The notes under the pieces were generated by a model, which was not told where the DNA came from, did no database searches, and worked only from the letters and a program-made list of their open reading frames with translations. A stretch of 64,000 nucleotides of DNA. Origin: Podarcis vaucheri. Its lineage: Eukaryota. Position 1 is the stretch's first letter, and each line of letters opens with the position of its first letter. The DNA is taken from NCBI GenBank assembly GCA_965113315.1, contig OZ220364.1. One strand, 5' to 3'. Both the position numbers and the translations under genes were made by a program. This document shows positions 25,449 to 38,544 of this stretch, piece after piece.

Positions 25449-25514
25449 CAGGGGTAGTCAACCTTTTTATACCTACCGCCCACTAATGCATCTTTCTTGA
25501 TGGTAAAATTTCCT
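25449..25514. mobile_element. hAT left end
   Basis: CAGGGGTAGTCAACCTTTTTATACCTACCGCCCACT, cut off by an L1. Confidence 0.7.
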
Positions 25515-26061
25515 TTTGTGTTTTTTTTATAAAATATTTATTAAAGTTTCAGAAAGAGGAATTACATAAAAACAATAAATACAAAAGTAAAAGACAAAAA
25601 TAAAAATACAAGAAAAATACAGAATAAAAAAAAGTAAGTACACTTACAGAAAAAAGGGGGGGGAATAAAAATAAAAAAATCAATCTTTCCATATCTTACA
25701 TTCATATCCTTGTTTCCCTGACCTCCTCATACCTCCCTTTTTTGTGTTCCAATTCAATTAATTAATTCAGCAATTTCTTTCCCTCCTTATTATCCTGGTC
25801 TTTAATCTTAATATATTGTAACATTAAATTTTTGCCTATTTAGAAATCCAATTTTCCATATTCTTTTATAACATTACAGCTAGAAGCCACTTAACTTCAA
25901 TCCAACATCATTCTAACATTCATTAATTTTGCAATATTTCTGTAAATAATCTTTAAATTTCTTCCAATCTTCTTCCACCAACTGTTCTCCCTGGTCTCGG
26001 ATTCTACCAGTCATTTCCTCCAATTCCATGTAGTCCATCACTTTCATCTGCCATTCTTCCA
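25514..26061 (-). mobile_element. L1-clade LINE 3' fragment
   Basis: Reverse strand EEWQMKVMDYMELEEMTGRIRDQGEQLVEEDWKKFKDYLQKYCKINEC*, then a T-rich 3' UTR, AATAAA and an A-rich tail. Confidence 0.75.
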
Positions 26062-26347
26062 ATACCCTGGTATCATCTGCCATTCTTCCAATACCCTGGT
26101 ATTATCAGCACCATGCTCTAAGCAACTGAACAATTTGACCACCAAATTCTTGTACTAGACTATGCATAAAATCATCTATCCTCTCCCCTCCAAAGTATGT
26201 ATTTGTAACAGCTGAAGCAAAATGATGATGATAGCAAATATGAAGTGTTTATGACTTGTTCATCTATGCAGACAATCATTGTGACAAGGGCTAAAGCTGC
26301 TCAGAGTGGGCCTTTTGCCTAGACTGATATAAAATCTGATAAAAATA

Positions 26348-26591
26348 CCGTATTTTTCGCTCTATAAGACGCACCTAGGTTTTTGGAGGAGGAAAACAAG
26401 AAAAAATAATATTCTGAATCTCAGAAGCCAGAACAGCAAGAGGGATTGCTGTGCAGCGAAAGCAGCGATTCCTCTTGCTGTTCTAGCTTTTGGGATAGTT
26501 GTGCAGCCTGCATTCGCTCTATAAGACGCACACATATTTCCCCTTACTTTTTAGGAGGGAAAAAGTGAGTCTTATAGAGCAAAAAATACTG
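26348..26591. mobile_element. TcMar-Tc2-like MITE
   Basis: TA|CCGTATTTTTCGCTCTATAAGAC...GTCTTATAGAGCAAAAAATACTG|TA. Confidence 0.85.
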
Positions 26592-26679
26592 TAAGTATTA
26601 GTTATTTGTGGACTTCATTAGAGGCAGCAAAACAGGCCAACATGTATTTTTCAGTATTTGTTAAGTAAAAGGAGCCCAC

Positions 26680-26809
26680 CAATTACGCTCAGTTCTGCGC
26701 TGATATAGATGGTCCCATGTCTATTTTCTGCCACACACTGATACATGCCGGTGTCCGATAGGTTCACACTGGTGATGGTGAGCGTCCCATGTTCTATCAA
26801 GATTCTTTC
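26680..26809 (-). CDS. CNTN4: Contactin-4 coding exon, 130 nt, C-terminal part of Ig4
   Basis: Acceptor ttttgcag|, donor G|gtgggc. Translates [43 protein letters not shown](A). Phase 0/1. Confidence 0.96.
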
Positions 26810-28540
26810 CTGCAAAATAGCAAAAGGCACAACACAATTTTGAAAAGCTCATATTTAGAATTTATGCATTGCTGCAAGCATATCATTTATTTTAACCCGT
26901 CAGGGGGAATCAACTTTGATGTTAAAAATGCATGTTTATGAACAATTTACATGATGTCATCTATTGATAAATAATTTATATCGTATTAATTGCTGAACGG
27001 AGGAAACCAATATCGTAGTTGGTAAATGCCATTTAAACAGTATATCACCCCCTCCCCAATTTAGATTAATAGTATCTTCAAGTACATAAACTTGCAACTA
27101 ATACTGCTTCTGTCCTGTAGTGCGTTGTGGTTTAATCATGCCAGGCAAGTTCTTCAGAAGATTTCGAACAGCAGAACTATTAGCTTTCCGCTCCCTTGAA
27201 GGTTAATGGGAACAGTAATCACATTCAGTGTTGCAAAGCTATTGTATGCAGTTCACCCCACCAGAATTAAAACAAAAATCAAAAACCCCTAAACCCTAAA
27301 GATGTAAATGTTAATCATTTAACGATCCTTACTTTAGTCTAATGTGATTTAAGTTCAAGACCATCTGCTAGTGACCAGCATGAAGCAAGTGAAATTAGCA
27401 TGTGGAACAAAAGGACCCTGCAATCATTTGTCAGCCTATGGATATGGAACTCACGTTATCAGTTTTAATCAGTACAGCATTGTGTACAATAGGCATCCGG
27501 GTGTATTTTTAACAACGAAACATATAACTAATATAATTTTTTAAAAACTGACCGACTTTCTACTTGGCTGTGGGGTTGCAATTTTATGTTTGCATAATCT
27601 TTATTAGAGCTTGATTGAATCTAGGCAACTCATCAAAGAGCAGGTTAAGAGAAAAAAAAGCTGGTCACTCTGATAACGGAGAGTGAATAATTTGCCTAGT
27701 TTGCCTATATAATTGAGACATTCAAGGCCCGAAAGGATCTCCTCTGGTGAGACATGGAATGGAAAGGGTGCTAATGAGATTTCCCCCTTTTCCATAGATC
27801 ATTAATCTTTAGGCAGTTCATTCTGCCACTGCTAATGATAGGTCAACTCCCTTGTTGTCAGTTCTTGCAGAGATCTGAAGAAGTTGAATGGGGTTACTAT
27901 TACAGACCAGAGGGCTTGTTTACCTCCCATAAAGTTCAATTAAAAATCAGAAGCTCAAAAATGGAAATGGAGGGAAGGTGTTTTATACAGCCTGAGTAAG
28001 TATATTCCCATGCACTCTTTTCACAGTTCACACTTACACTTAACTAGCGTTTCTATTATGACTTTTCCTTCCCCTACAGAGTTGTACAGAGTGTAAAAAT
28101 ATACAGCCATTTTATGTACCCTTCTTCTCATAGCAAATGTCCTCTGGAAATGAGTCCCACAGCTTCTAAGTTCCAGTTGATTCAGAGAAACGCTTGTCAA
28201 AGGCAGAAAGTGGCACTTAAATGCCTAACTTTCATTGAACATTTGGCTGGGAATTAGGTGCCTGAGGGTAATTTCTGCCTTTGAAAAGTATGGCTTGAAG
28301 TGTCATTGTTTTAACTACAAGGAAAGCTCAAGGTGATTCTGTGACATTCACTCAGCAGGGAAGGAAGTCTGCAATGGGACAGATGGAATTTTAAGGCCAC
28401 TCGGTTCCATTAATTTCTTTTTCTCAACAGCAACAAACTATACAGAGATGAAAAAGGTCACCACTTCACAACAAATCTTTTCAAGTTTCGTCACCCGACT
28501 CAAAAGCATCAAGGACACCAAGCCTGAATATTACTCATAC

Positions 28541-28677
28541 CTGAGGGAGAAGCAGTTCGCCATCCTTTAGCCAGCTGTAGGAAGGCTTTGGTCTTCCATT
28601 TGCCTTGCATTCCCAGTATATGCTTTCTTCCATGGCCACATGAGTGTCACTTATTTTCTGAATCCAGTTTGGAGGAG
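28541..28677 (-). CDS. CNTN4: Contactin-4 coding exon, 137 nt, N-terminal part of Ig4
   Basis: Acceptor ctccttgcag|, donor CAG|gtatga. Translates (A)[45 protein letters not shown]. Phase 1/0. Confidence 0.96.
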
Positions 28678-29381
28678 CTGCAAGGAGGACAGCAACACTC
28701 TTCTAAGCAAGTGTTTGTTTTCTGCGTGCCATTAACCTTCAAACGCCCTTCTTCCTAACATACACATTTATATAATACCGCATTGTTCTTGAAAGTGAAT
28801 TGGATCTCGTCTCTAAACATTAGAGACACAGTAAAAGAAATAAGGAGATATGTTTTCCTTTTCACAGATATTAGTAGCAAGAATGTTTTAGCTGGATGGC
28901 TTCCCCCATTGCATTAATCCAGTGTACTCATTGGTTTAAATGTGCTGAATTGGGCACAGACTGCCAACTTATAGTTATCCCCTTCTCCCAGGAAACCCTG
29001 AAACTGAGGGCTCCAAGGGTTTGTGAAAATCACAATTCTCAGAACTGGCACTAAGCTACAATTCCCGATATCCTTTGGAGAATCTATGCCAGCTAACCTA
29101 GTAAACCATTTTTAGTGTGTATGTGCTCCCTATTTCTAAGGAAAGCTTTATGTTTCTTTAGCATAATAACCTGCCAGATAAGAGAATAAAAATGCAGCCC
29201 AGTCCTGGTATCAATTATGTTTGTACCTAAGAAAACAAATTTATCCTATATGCTTGCAAACTACATGCATCAAATTCCAACCTGCAGAAATCATAAGCAC
29301 TTAGGTCTACTCTCGAGTCTAAAGTGCTTCAATGTGTAAACTATGAGAAATCAGAAATAATTTGCCATCTCTGTAGACAAT

Positions 29382-29481
29382 GGGTGGTATTCAACCGAGT
29401 TTTACTCAGAGAAGTCCCCTTAACTAAGTTAGGTCTATTAATTTCAATGGGTGTACCCTGAGTAAACCTTGAATACCATCC
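29382..29481. mobile_element. Short palindromic MITE (GGGTGGTATTCAAC family)
   Basis: Inverted ends gggtggtattcaa/ttgaataccatcc. Relatives at ~1125-1206, 48895-49008 and 59662-59761. Confidence 0.65.
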
Positions 29482-31080
29482 ACTCAGACTAGGGGATAGA
29501 AACACATCCCCATGCAACATATTTGAGAGGAAAATATATGAGCATAATCAAGCCAAAGTTAAGAACATTACGTGTCCCATTAATTGCAATGAAATAGATT
29601 TAACCACTTATTTAACTTGCTCGGGGAAATAAGTGGAACTTAAAACAGTCTCCCAGGGGATGTTTTTTCCTCTGTAGCCTCCAAAGATATGTATTTCAAG
29701 TTTATAAGACTGCTATTACTTTGCTTTCAGATAACAAACACAAGTGACAGTGAATGTTCTGGGGACATCTCAGGCTGCCACATCAGAGAAACTAGACAGC
29801 TAAACTATCCCTGGAATGGCAAACTACTGTGAGCCCCATATAGAAGCTTCTGAGTCCAAAAGATAATTGAGCTTAATGAATAGTGACTGAAATCTGCACA
29901 CACAATTGTCCAAAGCTTAAAGAAATATGTATATTCTATGCCAGCAGAGGTCTCTATGAACCTGGGTATTTTACAATGCTGTGTCTCTCTATAATCAGAT
30001 AAAACAATTTCAGATTTCTTCAACAAAGGACAACCACTTTTAAAATCCCCCAGGGGTTTAGATGAGATCAGAGGAAGGTTTGCAAGGGTAGAATTAAGCA
30101 GCAAAAGCTTGATAAACAAGAAGTGTCAGGTTGAATACCAACATGATGCTGCTACTTTTAAATCCATCTCTGCTATCAGCATTACTTGCTGATAAACCCA
30201 ACAAGGAACAAGCAGCAAGGATCTTTTTGAATAGTTCAAGCTCCTTTGGGTGAATTAATTGAAAAGGAACTAAAGTTAATGGCAGCTGAACACCTAATTC
30301 CAAATGTACAGTACAGATTCTCCCAGATCTAGAAGAAAGAAAACAAGAAGAAAAGAAAAGCTGAAGAAACTTAGCTCAGAAACTTATATATGCCAAGAAA
30401 ATAAGACTTAAAGAGATTCAGAGGTGGGGTGAGAGAGAAACAGATTGACAAACATAATAAGAAATAAATAGGATACGCCCCAGGTTTTTCTTTAACAAGA
30501 AAGCAACACACTACAACTGACAGATTTAGCATCACACAAAGCTTATATCACCTCACTTCTTCAGTATTGTAAAGGACAATTCTAGAGACAACAAAAAAGA
30601 TCTGCATAGAACAAGATAATCTATGGATTCAAAGAGCTGCCTGAAGTTGCTTGTCAAAACATGCATTCTTGAGTCCAAGGCTATTTTTCAGCAAGTGTGA
30701 AGTGTACAATAAAAGGCATCCTTGTCTATAAAAGCACTATTACAACTCATGTCCTTGGGTGCATAAATTAACTTTTATATAATGAAAAAATACCTATTCT
30801 CAGCTTCAGTGATTTTGTTTTCCCCCACAAAACCCAACGACATATATGCCTTTGAGTCACATACCCAAAAGTTGTAAACGTTTATTTTTATCAGTATATA
30901 TTTCACTTATTGCTGAATAAATGGAATATATCATTTCACTTCACTACTGAGAAGTCCTAAGAAGAGGCCCAGTGGCTCATCTTGCCCAGCCTCCTGTTCT
31001 CCCAGTGGCCAGATGGAAACCAGGGAGCAGAACAGGAGCACAAGAGTCCTCTCCCCTCCTGTGGTTTCCAGAAACTGGTA

Positions 31081-31322
31081 CAGTGGTACCTCAGGTTAAG
31101 TACTTAATTTGTTCTGGAGGTCCGTACTTAACCTGAAACTGTTCTTAACCTGAATCACCATTTAGCTAATGGGGCCGCCAGAGCACGATTTCTGTTCTCA
31201 TCCTGAAGCAACGTTCTTAACCCGGGGTTAGCGGAGTCTGTAACCTGAAGTGTATGTAACCTGAAGTGTATGTAACCTGAAGTGTATGTAACCTGAAGTG
31301 TATGTAACCCGAGGTACCACTG
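31081..31322. mobile_element. Tigger-like MITE inserted in a LINE 3' UTR
   Basis: TA|CAGTGGTACCTCAGGTTA...TAACCCGAGGTACCACTG|TA, with four internal 16-bp GTAACCTGAAGTGTAT repeats. Confidence 0.9.
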
Positions 31323-32677
31323 TAGCTGGACGCATTGCTGCCTCCAGCAATGGAGGGAGAGCATAGCTATCATAGCTAATCACCATTGATAGCCTTCACC
31401 TCCATGAATTCAGAGTTGCCATATTTTGAAGAGCAAAGAAAGAGGATGCTATGACGACTCTCATTTTAAATACCCCTACTATTTGTAGGCTATAGAAGCT
31501 GTGATGTATTGCTGAGTGGTGCAGGAGAAGAGGAAAGCAAGTCTCCAGTTAGGTCTATGTCTCATCCAGAAAATATCGCCAGAGGCATTTTGGCAAATAA
31601 AAAAAAACATCCATCTGGACAGAAATTTTTCCCCTGGAAAAGAGGATGTGTCCTGGAAAAAGAGGACACATGGCAATTCTTCTAAAGCCTTTCAAGTCGG
31701 TGGCCATCACTGCCTCCTGGAAGAGTGAGTTCTATATTTTGACTATGAACTGCATGAAGAACCACATTCTTTCAACTGTCCAAAGTCCTCCAACATTCAG
31801 TTTCACTGGATTTCAATGAGTTCTAGCATTCTGAGAGAGGGAGAAAAAAAATTCTCTATCTGCTTTCTCCATGTAATGTATAATTTTATAAACTTCTGTC
31901 ATGTCATCTCTTACTTGTCTTTTCTCTAAACTAAAAAGTCCCAAATGCTACAACCTTTCGTCCAAAAGCATGAAATCTAATCAATACATTGCAGCAAAAT
32001 AATTTCTTTAACCCATAAGAAAGCCTAGGAAAAAAATAATGAAAATTCTAGCAGCAAAAACATTTCCATCAAACAGGCCTAAAGATGGGGATCAACAACC
32101 AAGGAAACCTTCTCCTTTAATGTCACCCTCAAATCGCTTGCAAGGGAACTATTCAGAAGAGGCCCTCAGATGAAGACCAAAGGGTGTGGGTAGGTTTCTA
32201 TTGGGAGAAGCACTCCAAAAGATATTGGGACCCTGAGCTGGTGCCTTTTGCCTGTTGGCTCCCTTGGGAAATTGGCAATGGCGTCTCTGAAGGGAATGTG
32301 TGTTTATCTGTGTGGGAAAGGAAAGAGGGGAGGCAATTTTAGAAAGACATCCCTACCCCTAGTGAATATATTGTGATGAGTTTGCAGAGGGGCCAGATCC
32401 CTCTAAATTCTTAAATTTTAGAATTTAGCTGATATTTGGAGTATTAAGGGAAAATGTTGGGTGTACTGTAAAAATACAGGCTGCACCTGTTTTCTTGTTC
32501 AGGAGATCAGCTGATAGAGGTGCCATTCAGAAACAAAGAGAGCAGAGTACTGGGCCGTTAAGGGCAATTGCCAATGCCAATATTGTCCCTCCCCTGGCTC
32601 TGAGGAGCAAGAGGCTGCCAGAGTTACAGGGGGCAGGAATAAGTGTCCTTTTGCAGGATGTTTTTGAAAAGAGCAGA

Positions 32678-32681
<4 letters not shown>

Positions 32682-32734
<53 letters not shown>

Positions 32735-32832
32735 GGTTTTGGTGTCTTCGGGTGTCTTCCCGTGTAAGAGTCGGGAAGACACCCGAAGACACCAAAACCT
32801 GCATTCCTGTACCCGTGAAAATCTACGAAAGC

Positions 32833-32878
<46 letters not shown>
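32682..32878. repeat. (TA)n / (TA)n(CA)n microsatellite interrupted by a perfect inverted repeat (Penelope-like end)
   Basis: 33-bp arms at 32730-32762 and 32772-32804, followed by cctgtacccgtgaaaatctacgaaa. Confidence 0.85.
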
Positions 32879-32879
<1 letters not shown>

Positions 32880-33343
32880 ACCCATCTGGCAGGGCTTCCC
32901 CAGGTGGGGGAAAAACTCCATGCAGACTGGCTGGGAGAGGCTATACCCAGAGACTGGGGAGCATGGCTGGCTTCTGCTCTGAACCCAAGCCTACTTGAGC
33001 TATGGGAGAAGCAACAGGAGACACTCTTGGGGTATGATGTTCTGCACTCTCTCCAACAAGGCTTAGGTGTACATATGTGTAAACAAAGCCATATATCTTA
33101 AAGGCACTACAGTCTCTGTTGTGCCTCACTCCAAAGGAAACACAAACCCTGGTTAAGAGCCAAGACCCTTGGAATCTCACTCAGCTCAGAAGAGATTGGG
33201 GTGACCCGTAGCAATATGTTAGGATCAAGACTATTATTATATATACAAGTGGGTGGCATATGCATCTATCTGGCTATAGCTGGGAACAGGATGCTATACT
33301 GTGCTGTGTGTGTCTGTGTGTGCAGTCATTCAACATGAGGGGT

Positions 33344-33345
<2 letters not shown>

Positions 33346-33408
<63 letters not shown>
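33346..33408. repeat. (GT)n(GA)n microsatellite
   Basis: Read directly. Confidence 0.9.
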
Positions 33409-33410
<2 letters not shown>

Positions 33411-33864
33411 TGAGTGTATTACTTCATCTCTTTCTTTAGCTCTGATGAGCTCCTTTGCTTCCTAATGTTAGTAAGGGGAGAATGGATGCATCAACATGCA
33501 TATCTCCTGCTTTTGTGTGTCTATCTGTCCTGCTGGTCACGTGCCTTGCTGCCAATCTTTTCTTGTAAGGGGAAAGGTGTTGGAGAGAGAGTGTGTGAAA
33601 GGCACTGAAATAAGACGTCTTATGTCCTGACAACCCAGCGGCATCTTGTGTAGAGGGTTGATCATTGGAAGTTCTTGATTTGCCACTGCTGGGATACCAG
33701 ATGCATCTTTGCTGTCATATAGCAAGTGAATTTGTATGCTGTTTCCTAATCATGACAGTAAACAATAAGATACATATCTCTGAACACCAGATGCTAAAGT
33801 ATTCAGATGCTAAAGATGATTAAAATATTAACCGCTCTCAATCTGATAACTGATTGATAACTGA

Positions 33865-34014
33865 CATCTGTCCAGATTTTAATTTGTCTCAATTAATTTT
33901 AAGATGTAGTTTAATTAATTTATGCCTGTTTTTATGTATACTGTGTTATTTATATGATGTTAGCTGCTCTGAACCCGGCTCTGGCCAGGGTACAAATAAA
34001 ATTTATTATTATTA

Positions 34015-34058
<44 letters not shown>
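33865..34058 (+). mobile_element. L2 3' UTR end with (ATT)n tail
   Basis: Similar to 20220-20373 (gatgttagctgctctgaacccggctctggccaggg..aaataaaa). Confidence 0.7.
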
Positions 34059-35099
34059 CAAAGATAAAAATTAGGAATTGTGCACATGACACCTTGAGCC
34101 TTCCTTGAGAAACAGTATCACAGTGTGGGGACAAAGGTAATCCAATGAATGCTGAGTTAATATTGTATTTGCATTTTAATAAATCTCAGCTTTATGTAAA
34201 TGCAAACTTATGCAAAACTGAATTGATAGATTTGTTTGGTTAACTGAAGAAAAATCTATTGATTAAATAATTAAAATTCCTTTAACTGCACTGCAGATCC
34301 AGTATTAACTGAAAGGGAAACTTTCACTAGAGCCATGGATATCATCAGGAAAGCTTTTGGCTACTTCAGTAGAAATAGGTCTGCCAGCAATGTAAACCTA
34401 CTAAAAACCAACACTTTCCAAGTTTTGGATTGCTTCACAATGTCTCAGTCTATATGCATCTGTGTAAGCAAGGCAGGAAATTTCATTATACCAGTCACAC
34501 CTCATAATGTTGCATACACTTATCACACAAATGTTCACACCAAAGGAGTGAGGAATGAGCCACACTGACTTTTGTGAAGCTACAGCCAGAGATATAATTG
34601 TTTCCTTTCCCCCTTTGGAATATATATATTTTAAACCACAGCAGTTCAAACGACTTCATTACTCTGATGCTGTTTTGCAAGATCAGGATCAGCTCTTTTA
34701 GAATTAGCTCAGATAGTTCCCATAAGCCTCATAAGGGGCTCCATTGTACTTCTAAATGAGATACAAACCTTTACTTTATTGCAAGGGATCACCAAGGTTA
34801 AATTCTGTGTTCAGGCAGACTAAAAATAGAGTTGAGGTTAGTGTACGTTTTTTCAGATGTACAGTATAGATGAGGATACAAAGCTTTGCCTGCTTCCTTC
34901 CCTTTTCAGTTCAGACAGTTCAACAAAAACATATAAAAGGGAAGGACAATATAAAACCATATAATTTGACAGTAATGGATCCTTACTATTTCAGAACATT
35001 AGGTTTGGTAACAGGCTGAGAGCTAGAATACTTAAAAGGAAAATACTTTTTCGCAGAATCTCTGTGAGTGGGAACACCAGTCACAAAAATAATTTTGTA

Positions 35100-35745
35100 C
35101 TAAGGACATCGTTGACCAAAAAACTGAAGCAATCTTGAGATGGAGAAGAAAATGTTGTAATGATGGCTGACTTCAATTACCCTCATACAGAGACTGGGTA
35201 AATGCATGCTCTAGTCACAAGAAAGAGGTAGAATTTCTAGAACACCCTAAAATATGGTGTCTTGGAACAGTTGATTATGGAACTAACCAGAGGGGAAGTG
35301 TCCCCGGACTTAAGCCTAAGTGGCTTTTAGTTTGGAAAAAAGACAACTGGTGCATGGTGCTGAGAAATACATTTCTCTCTCTCTCTCATAATAATAGAAC
35401 TTGGGTCATCCAAAGAAACTGGCAGGAGATTTAGGACATATAAATTAAGCATTTTTTCATGCAACCAATAATTCATTTATGAAATCTGCTGCCACAAAGG
35501 TTGCTGACGGCTACTAGATCAGGTAGACTTAAAAGGGTATTAATGGCTTTCAACCAAGATGGTTGTATGCAATATCTATGTTCAGAAGCAGTACCTTCTA
35601 AGTACTATTTACCGGAGGGCAGAAAAGGGGTAGGGCTATTGCATTTATGTCCTGCTTATGAGTTTCCTGTAGGTGTCTGGTTGCCCACTATTGGCAACAG
35701 GATACTGAACTTAAGAAGAGTGCTACTGGACCAGACTTACGTTCT
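35100..35745 (+). mobile_element. Internally deleted CR1-group LINE
   Basis: APE endonuclease motif VVMMADFNYPH...LEQLIMELTRGE joined to a decayed 3' end and UTR. Confidence 0.6.
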
Positions 35746-36345
35746 TAATATAACACACCTGACCATAAGACGCACCTAGTTTTTAGAGGAGGAAAACAAG
35801 AAAAAAAATTCTGAACGAAACAGTGGATGTATGATTTTTGTGGTTCATGCTGTGGTCACATAAATGTTATGTGATTTGATGGCGAGTTTGGGGTAGCCCA
35901 GTGCAAAAATGCTGAGGATCCATGTGGATCTGTGCTTTGTAACCATGTTTTTGTGCCATTGCGGCCCCACGAAACAGTGGATGTGGGGTTTTTTTGGTGC
36001 AGGCTGTAGCCATGGACATGCTATGTGATCTGATGGAGAATTTGGGGTGACCCAATGCAAAAATCCTGAGGATCCATGTGCTTTTACCTCTCCCCTCCCA
36101 GGCAGCCTCCTTTATCTCTAGAGTCCCTTATCTCCCTCCCTATCCCTTGCCAATCAGCTGCTCGGCGGCTTTGTTTCAATACCCCCTTCCCTCTTTCTAA
36201 ATATTTTTTTAAAAAATGCACGATCTGCTTTTTGCCCCTGGGCAATTTGACTCCAGCGACCACGCATTCGCTCCATAAGACACACAGACATTTCCCCTTA
36301 ATTTTTAGGAGGAAAAAAGTGCATCTTATGGAGCGAAAAATACGG
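35746..36345. mobile_element. TcMar-Tc2-like MITE, left TIR lost, with internal ~154-bp duplication
   Basis: Right end CTTATGGAGCGAAAAATACGG|TA. Repeat units start at 35817 and 35971. Confidence 0.8.
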
Positions 36346-37098
36346 TATTTGCAAGACAATCACAGGGGATAAACAAAGCAGGTTGCTACATTTTCAATCA
36401 GGTCTGTGGCTTCTGAAGCAGCAGAAGCAAACAGGAATCTTCCAAGCAGAGAGACAAAAACAAAAGCACCTGGCCAGTCTTAAAAGAGTCTGTGCCCTCC
36501 TTCCTCACACTATCCCAAGATGATTAAAGTGTACCAATGTTCTATAACCTAACTTGCTTTCCCTTCACACATGCTACTAGGCTAAGCTGTGAAACTGTAC
36601 AACTGAGGTGGAGGAAAAGAGGCTGAATTGTTCACCCTGCGTCAACCTGTTTAACCATACTGAACATGAAGCATGTTGATGCCACTGATAATATATATAT
36701 ATAGCGCAAAAGAAAACTAGAGTCAGCATAACAGCAACAAACAAGCAAACCTCTTTCAACAACTTTACTGAGTGCTGAATAATATGGTTGGTGACAAAAA
36801 AAAGATAGTCTGGTTTATCTGCGGCAAGCAGGCAAATTTGAATTTCATCTTCCTTTGCTTTCTTTGCTATTCACAGAGGCAGATAACTCAGTTTAAAAGA
36901 GTAACACTGTTAGAGCCAGATTTTAATCTCCAGGGATGCATTATGATAGAACATTTCACAGAGAAAGGCTGTAAGTAAGTGACAAGTTTGATTTTCCATA
37001 TCAAATACGTTCCAGTGTTCCTTTCTTTGAATGTGAACTTTTGACCCAGTAGAAACAACTTGGAAAAACAATGCCAGCATTGCAGTCTCCCCCCTCCC

Positions 37099-37104
<6 letters not shown>

Positions 37105-37153
<49 letters not shown>
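37105..37153. repeat. (TA)n microsatellite
   Basis: Read directly. Confidence 0.95.
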
Positions 37154-37156
<3 letters not shown>

Positions 37157-38544
37157 CTTACATTAAAAAAGAGAGAAAGATTAAAGATGTTACCATTCAG
37201 CTTTTGTCACTAATGCAGGATATTATATGAGATCTTATGACAAGCTGCTTTCAGAATGACAGGTCTGGAATGGCTATTTTGATGAAACTTGGGGTACATT
37301 TTCGTGGTTTGCATTTTCAAATTTAAAAGGCAGCTGAAGTCAAGTTATTCGTATAAGAGAACACTCCAAGTTAAACACTGATCACCTTAAACAGCAGGCT
37401 AGTGGGGCATCACCTCTAGACAAGGTTAACTTTTAAAAGTAAAATACAGGGATATGGTCTAAGCTGAGACTATTTTCCCATTTGTAAACCACTTTGAGGA
37501 TTTTAAAGAAATATATGCAATTAAATTTTATATAAATTTTATGAAATAAATAAAATAAAATGTAGCCAGTGCTAATGTGAAATGTAAACATGCTTCTGTT
37601 CTGGCCTACATTATTTTATTTTATTACCTTTATAGAATTAATCAGTTGCCTTTTCATTTAAGTACAAGCATGAACCAACTTATAAGTGTAAAAAGAAATC
37701 AAAGTTGATTAAGAAACAGATCCAAACCTTAGGTTTTCTGATGCTGATGAACTACAACCCCCATCACCCCAGTCAGAATGGCCAATGGCAAAGGATGGTG
37801 GGAACTGTAGTTTAACAACACCTAAAAACGAAGGGTTGGGAAAGGCAGATCTGATGAATGCTCAATAAGTAGATTGTCTGGAGGGATCCTTAGATCAAAA
37901 GAGAAGATATTGTTGATGAATCCAAAAGTGGCATTCCTACATGCACACTTATCTGGGTGGAGGGAGGTTAACCCTCATTGAACATGGTCTGAACAACTTC
38001 TCAATAAACAATGTTCACTCAGTGGAACAGAGGAGGAAAGGGGGGAAAAGTAAGCCATGATTCAGAAAGTGAGAGAAAGGATAACAGGAACGAGCAAGGT
38101 GATAAATAACAGTACTATGCAAGTTAAATGGAGAACTAAGATGGTTCATGGGACTGTCAAAAGTGGAAAACACACAAGATGGACGAAAACACAACTTAAT
38201 ACGTCCCCCCTCAATTGATACTGATCTGCCACAAGGAGTGGGAAAAGTTAAATCCATTTAAGAAAGAAACAGGATTAGCGGTATCAAGGGAAAGATATCG
38301 AAGTTTCTGTTAATGTGAATAAAGAAAAAGTATTAAAAAGGAAAAGGTCACAAATCACAGCAGGTTTATTAACTGCTACTAATAAACAAACCAGACACTG
38401 CCAAAACAACAAGGGAGACAGCGCAAAGGAGCAGTACGAAGCTAGGATTTGCAGAAATGATTAAAAGTAGAAAGATGAAAATAGCAAGCAGCATGGCTGA
38501 TAGCAATCAAGAGAAGCCCAGCAACGACAAACCGATTTTACGGC

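Noticed and set aside
31240-31310. Regular short direct repeats (CRISPR-like at a glance)
   Set aside because: Head-to-tail 16-bp units without spacers, inside a MITE in eukaryotic DNA.
32495-33101. ORFs with IYIY/THTH runs
   Set aside because: Translations of microsatellites.
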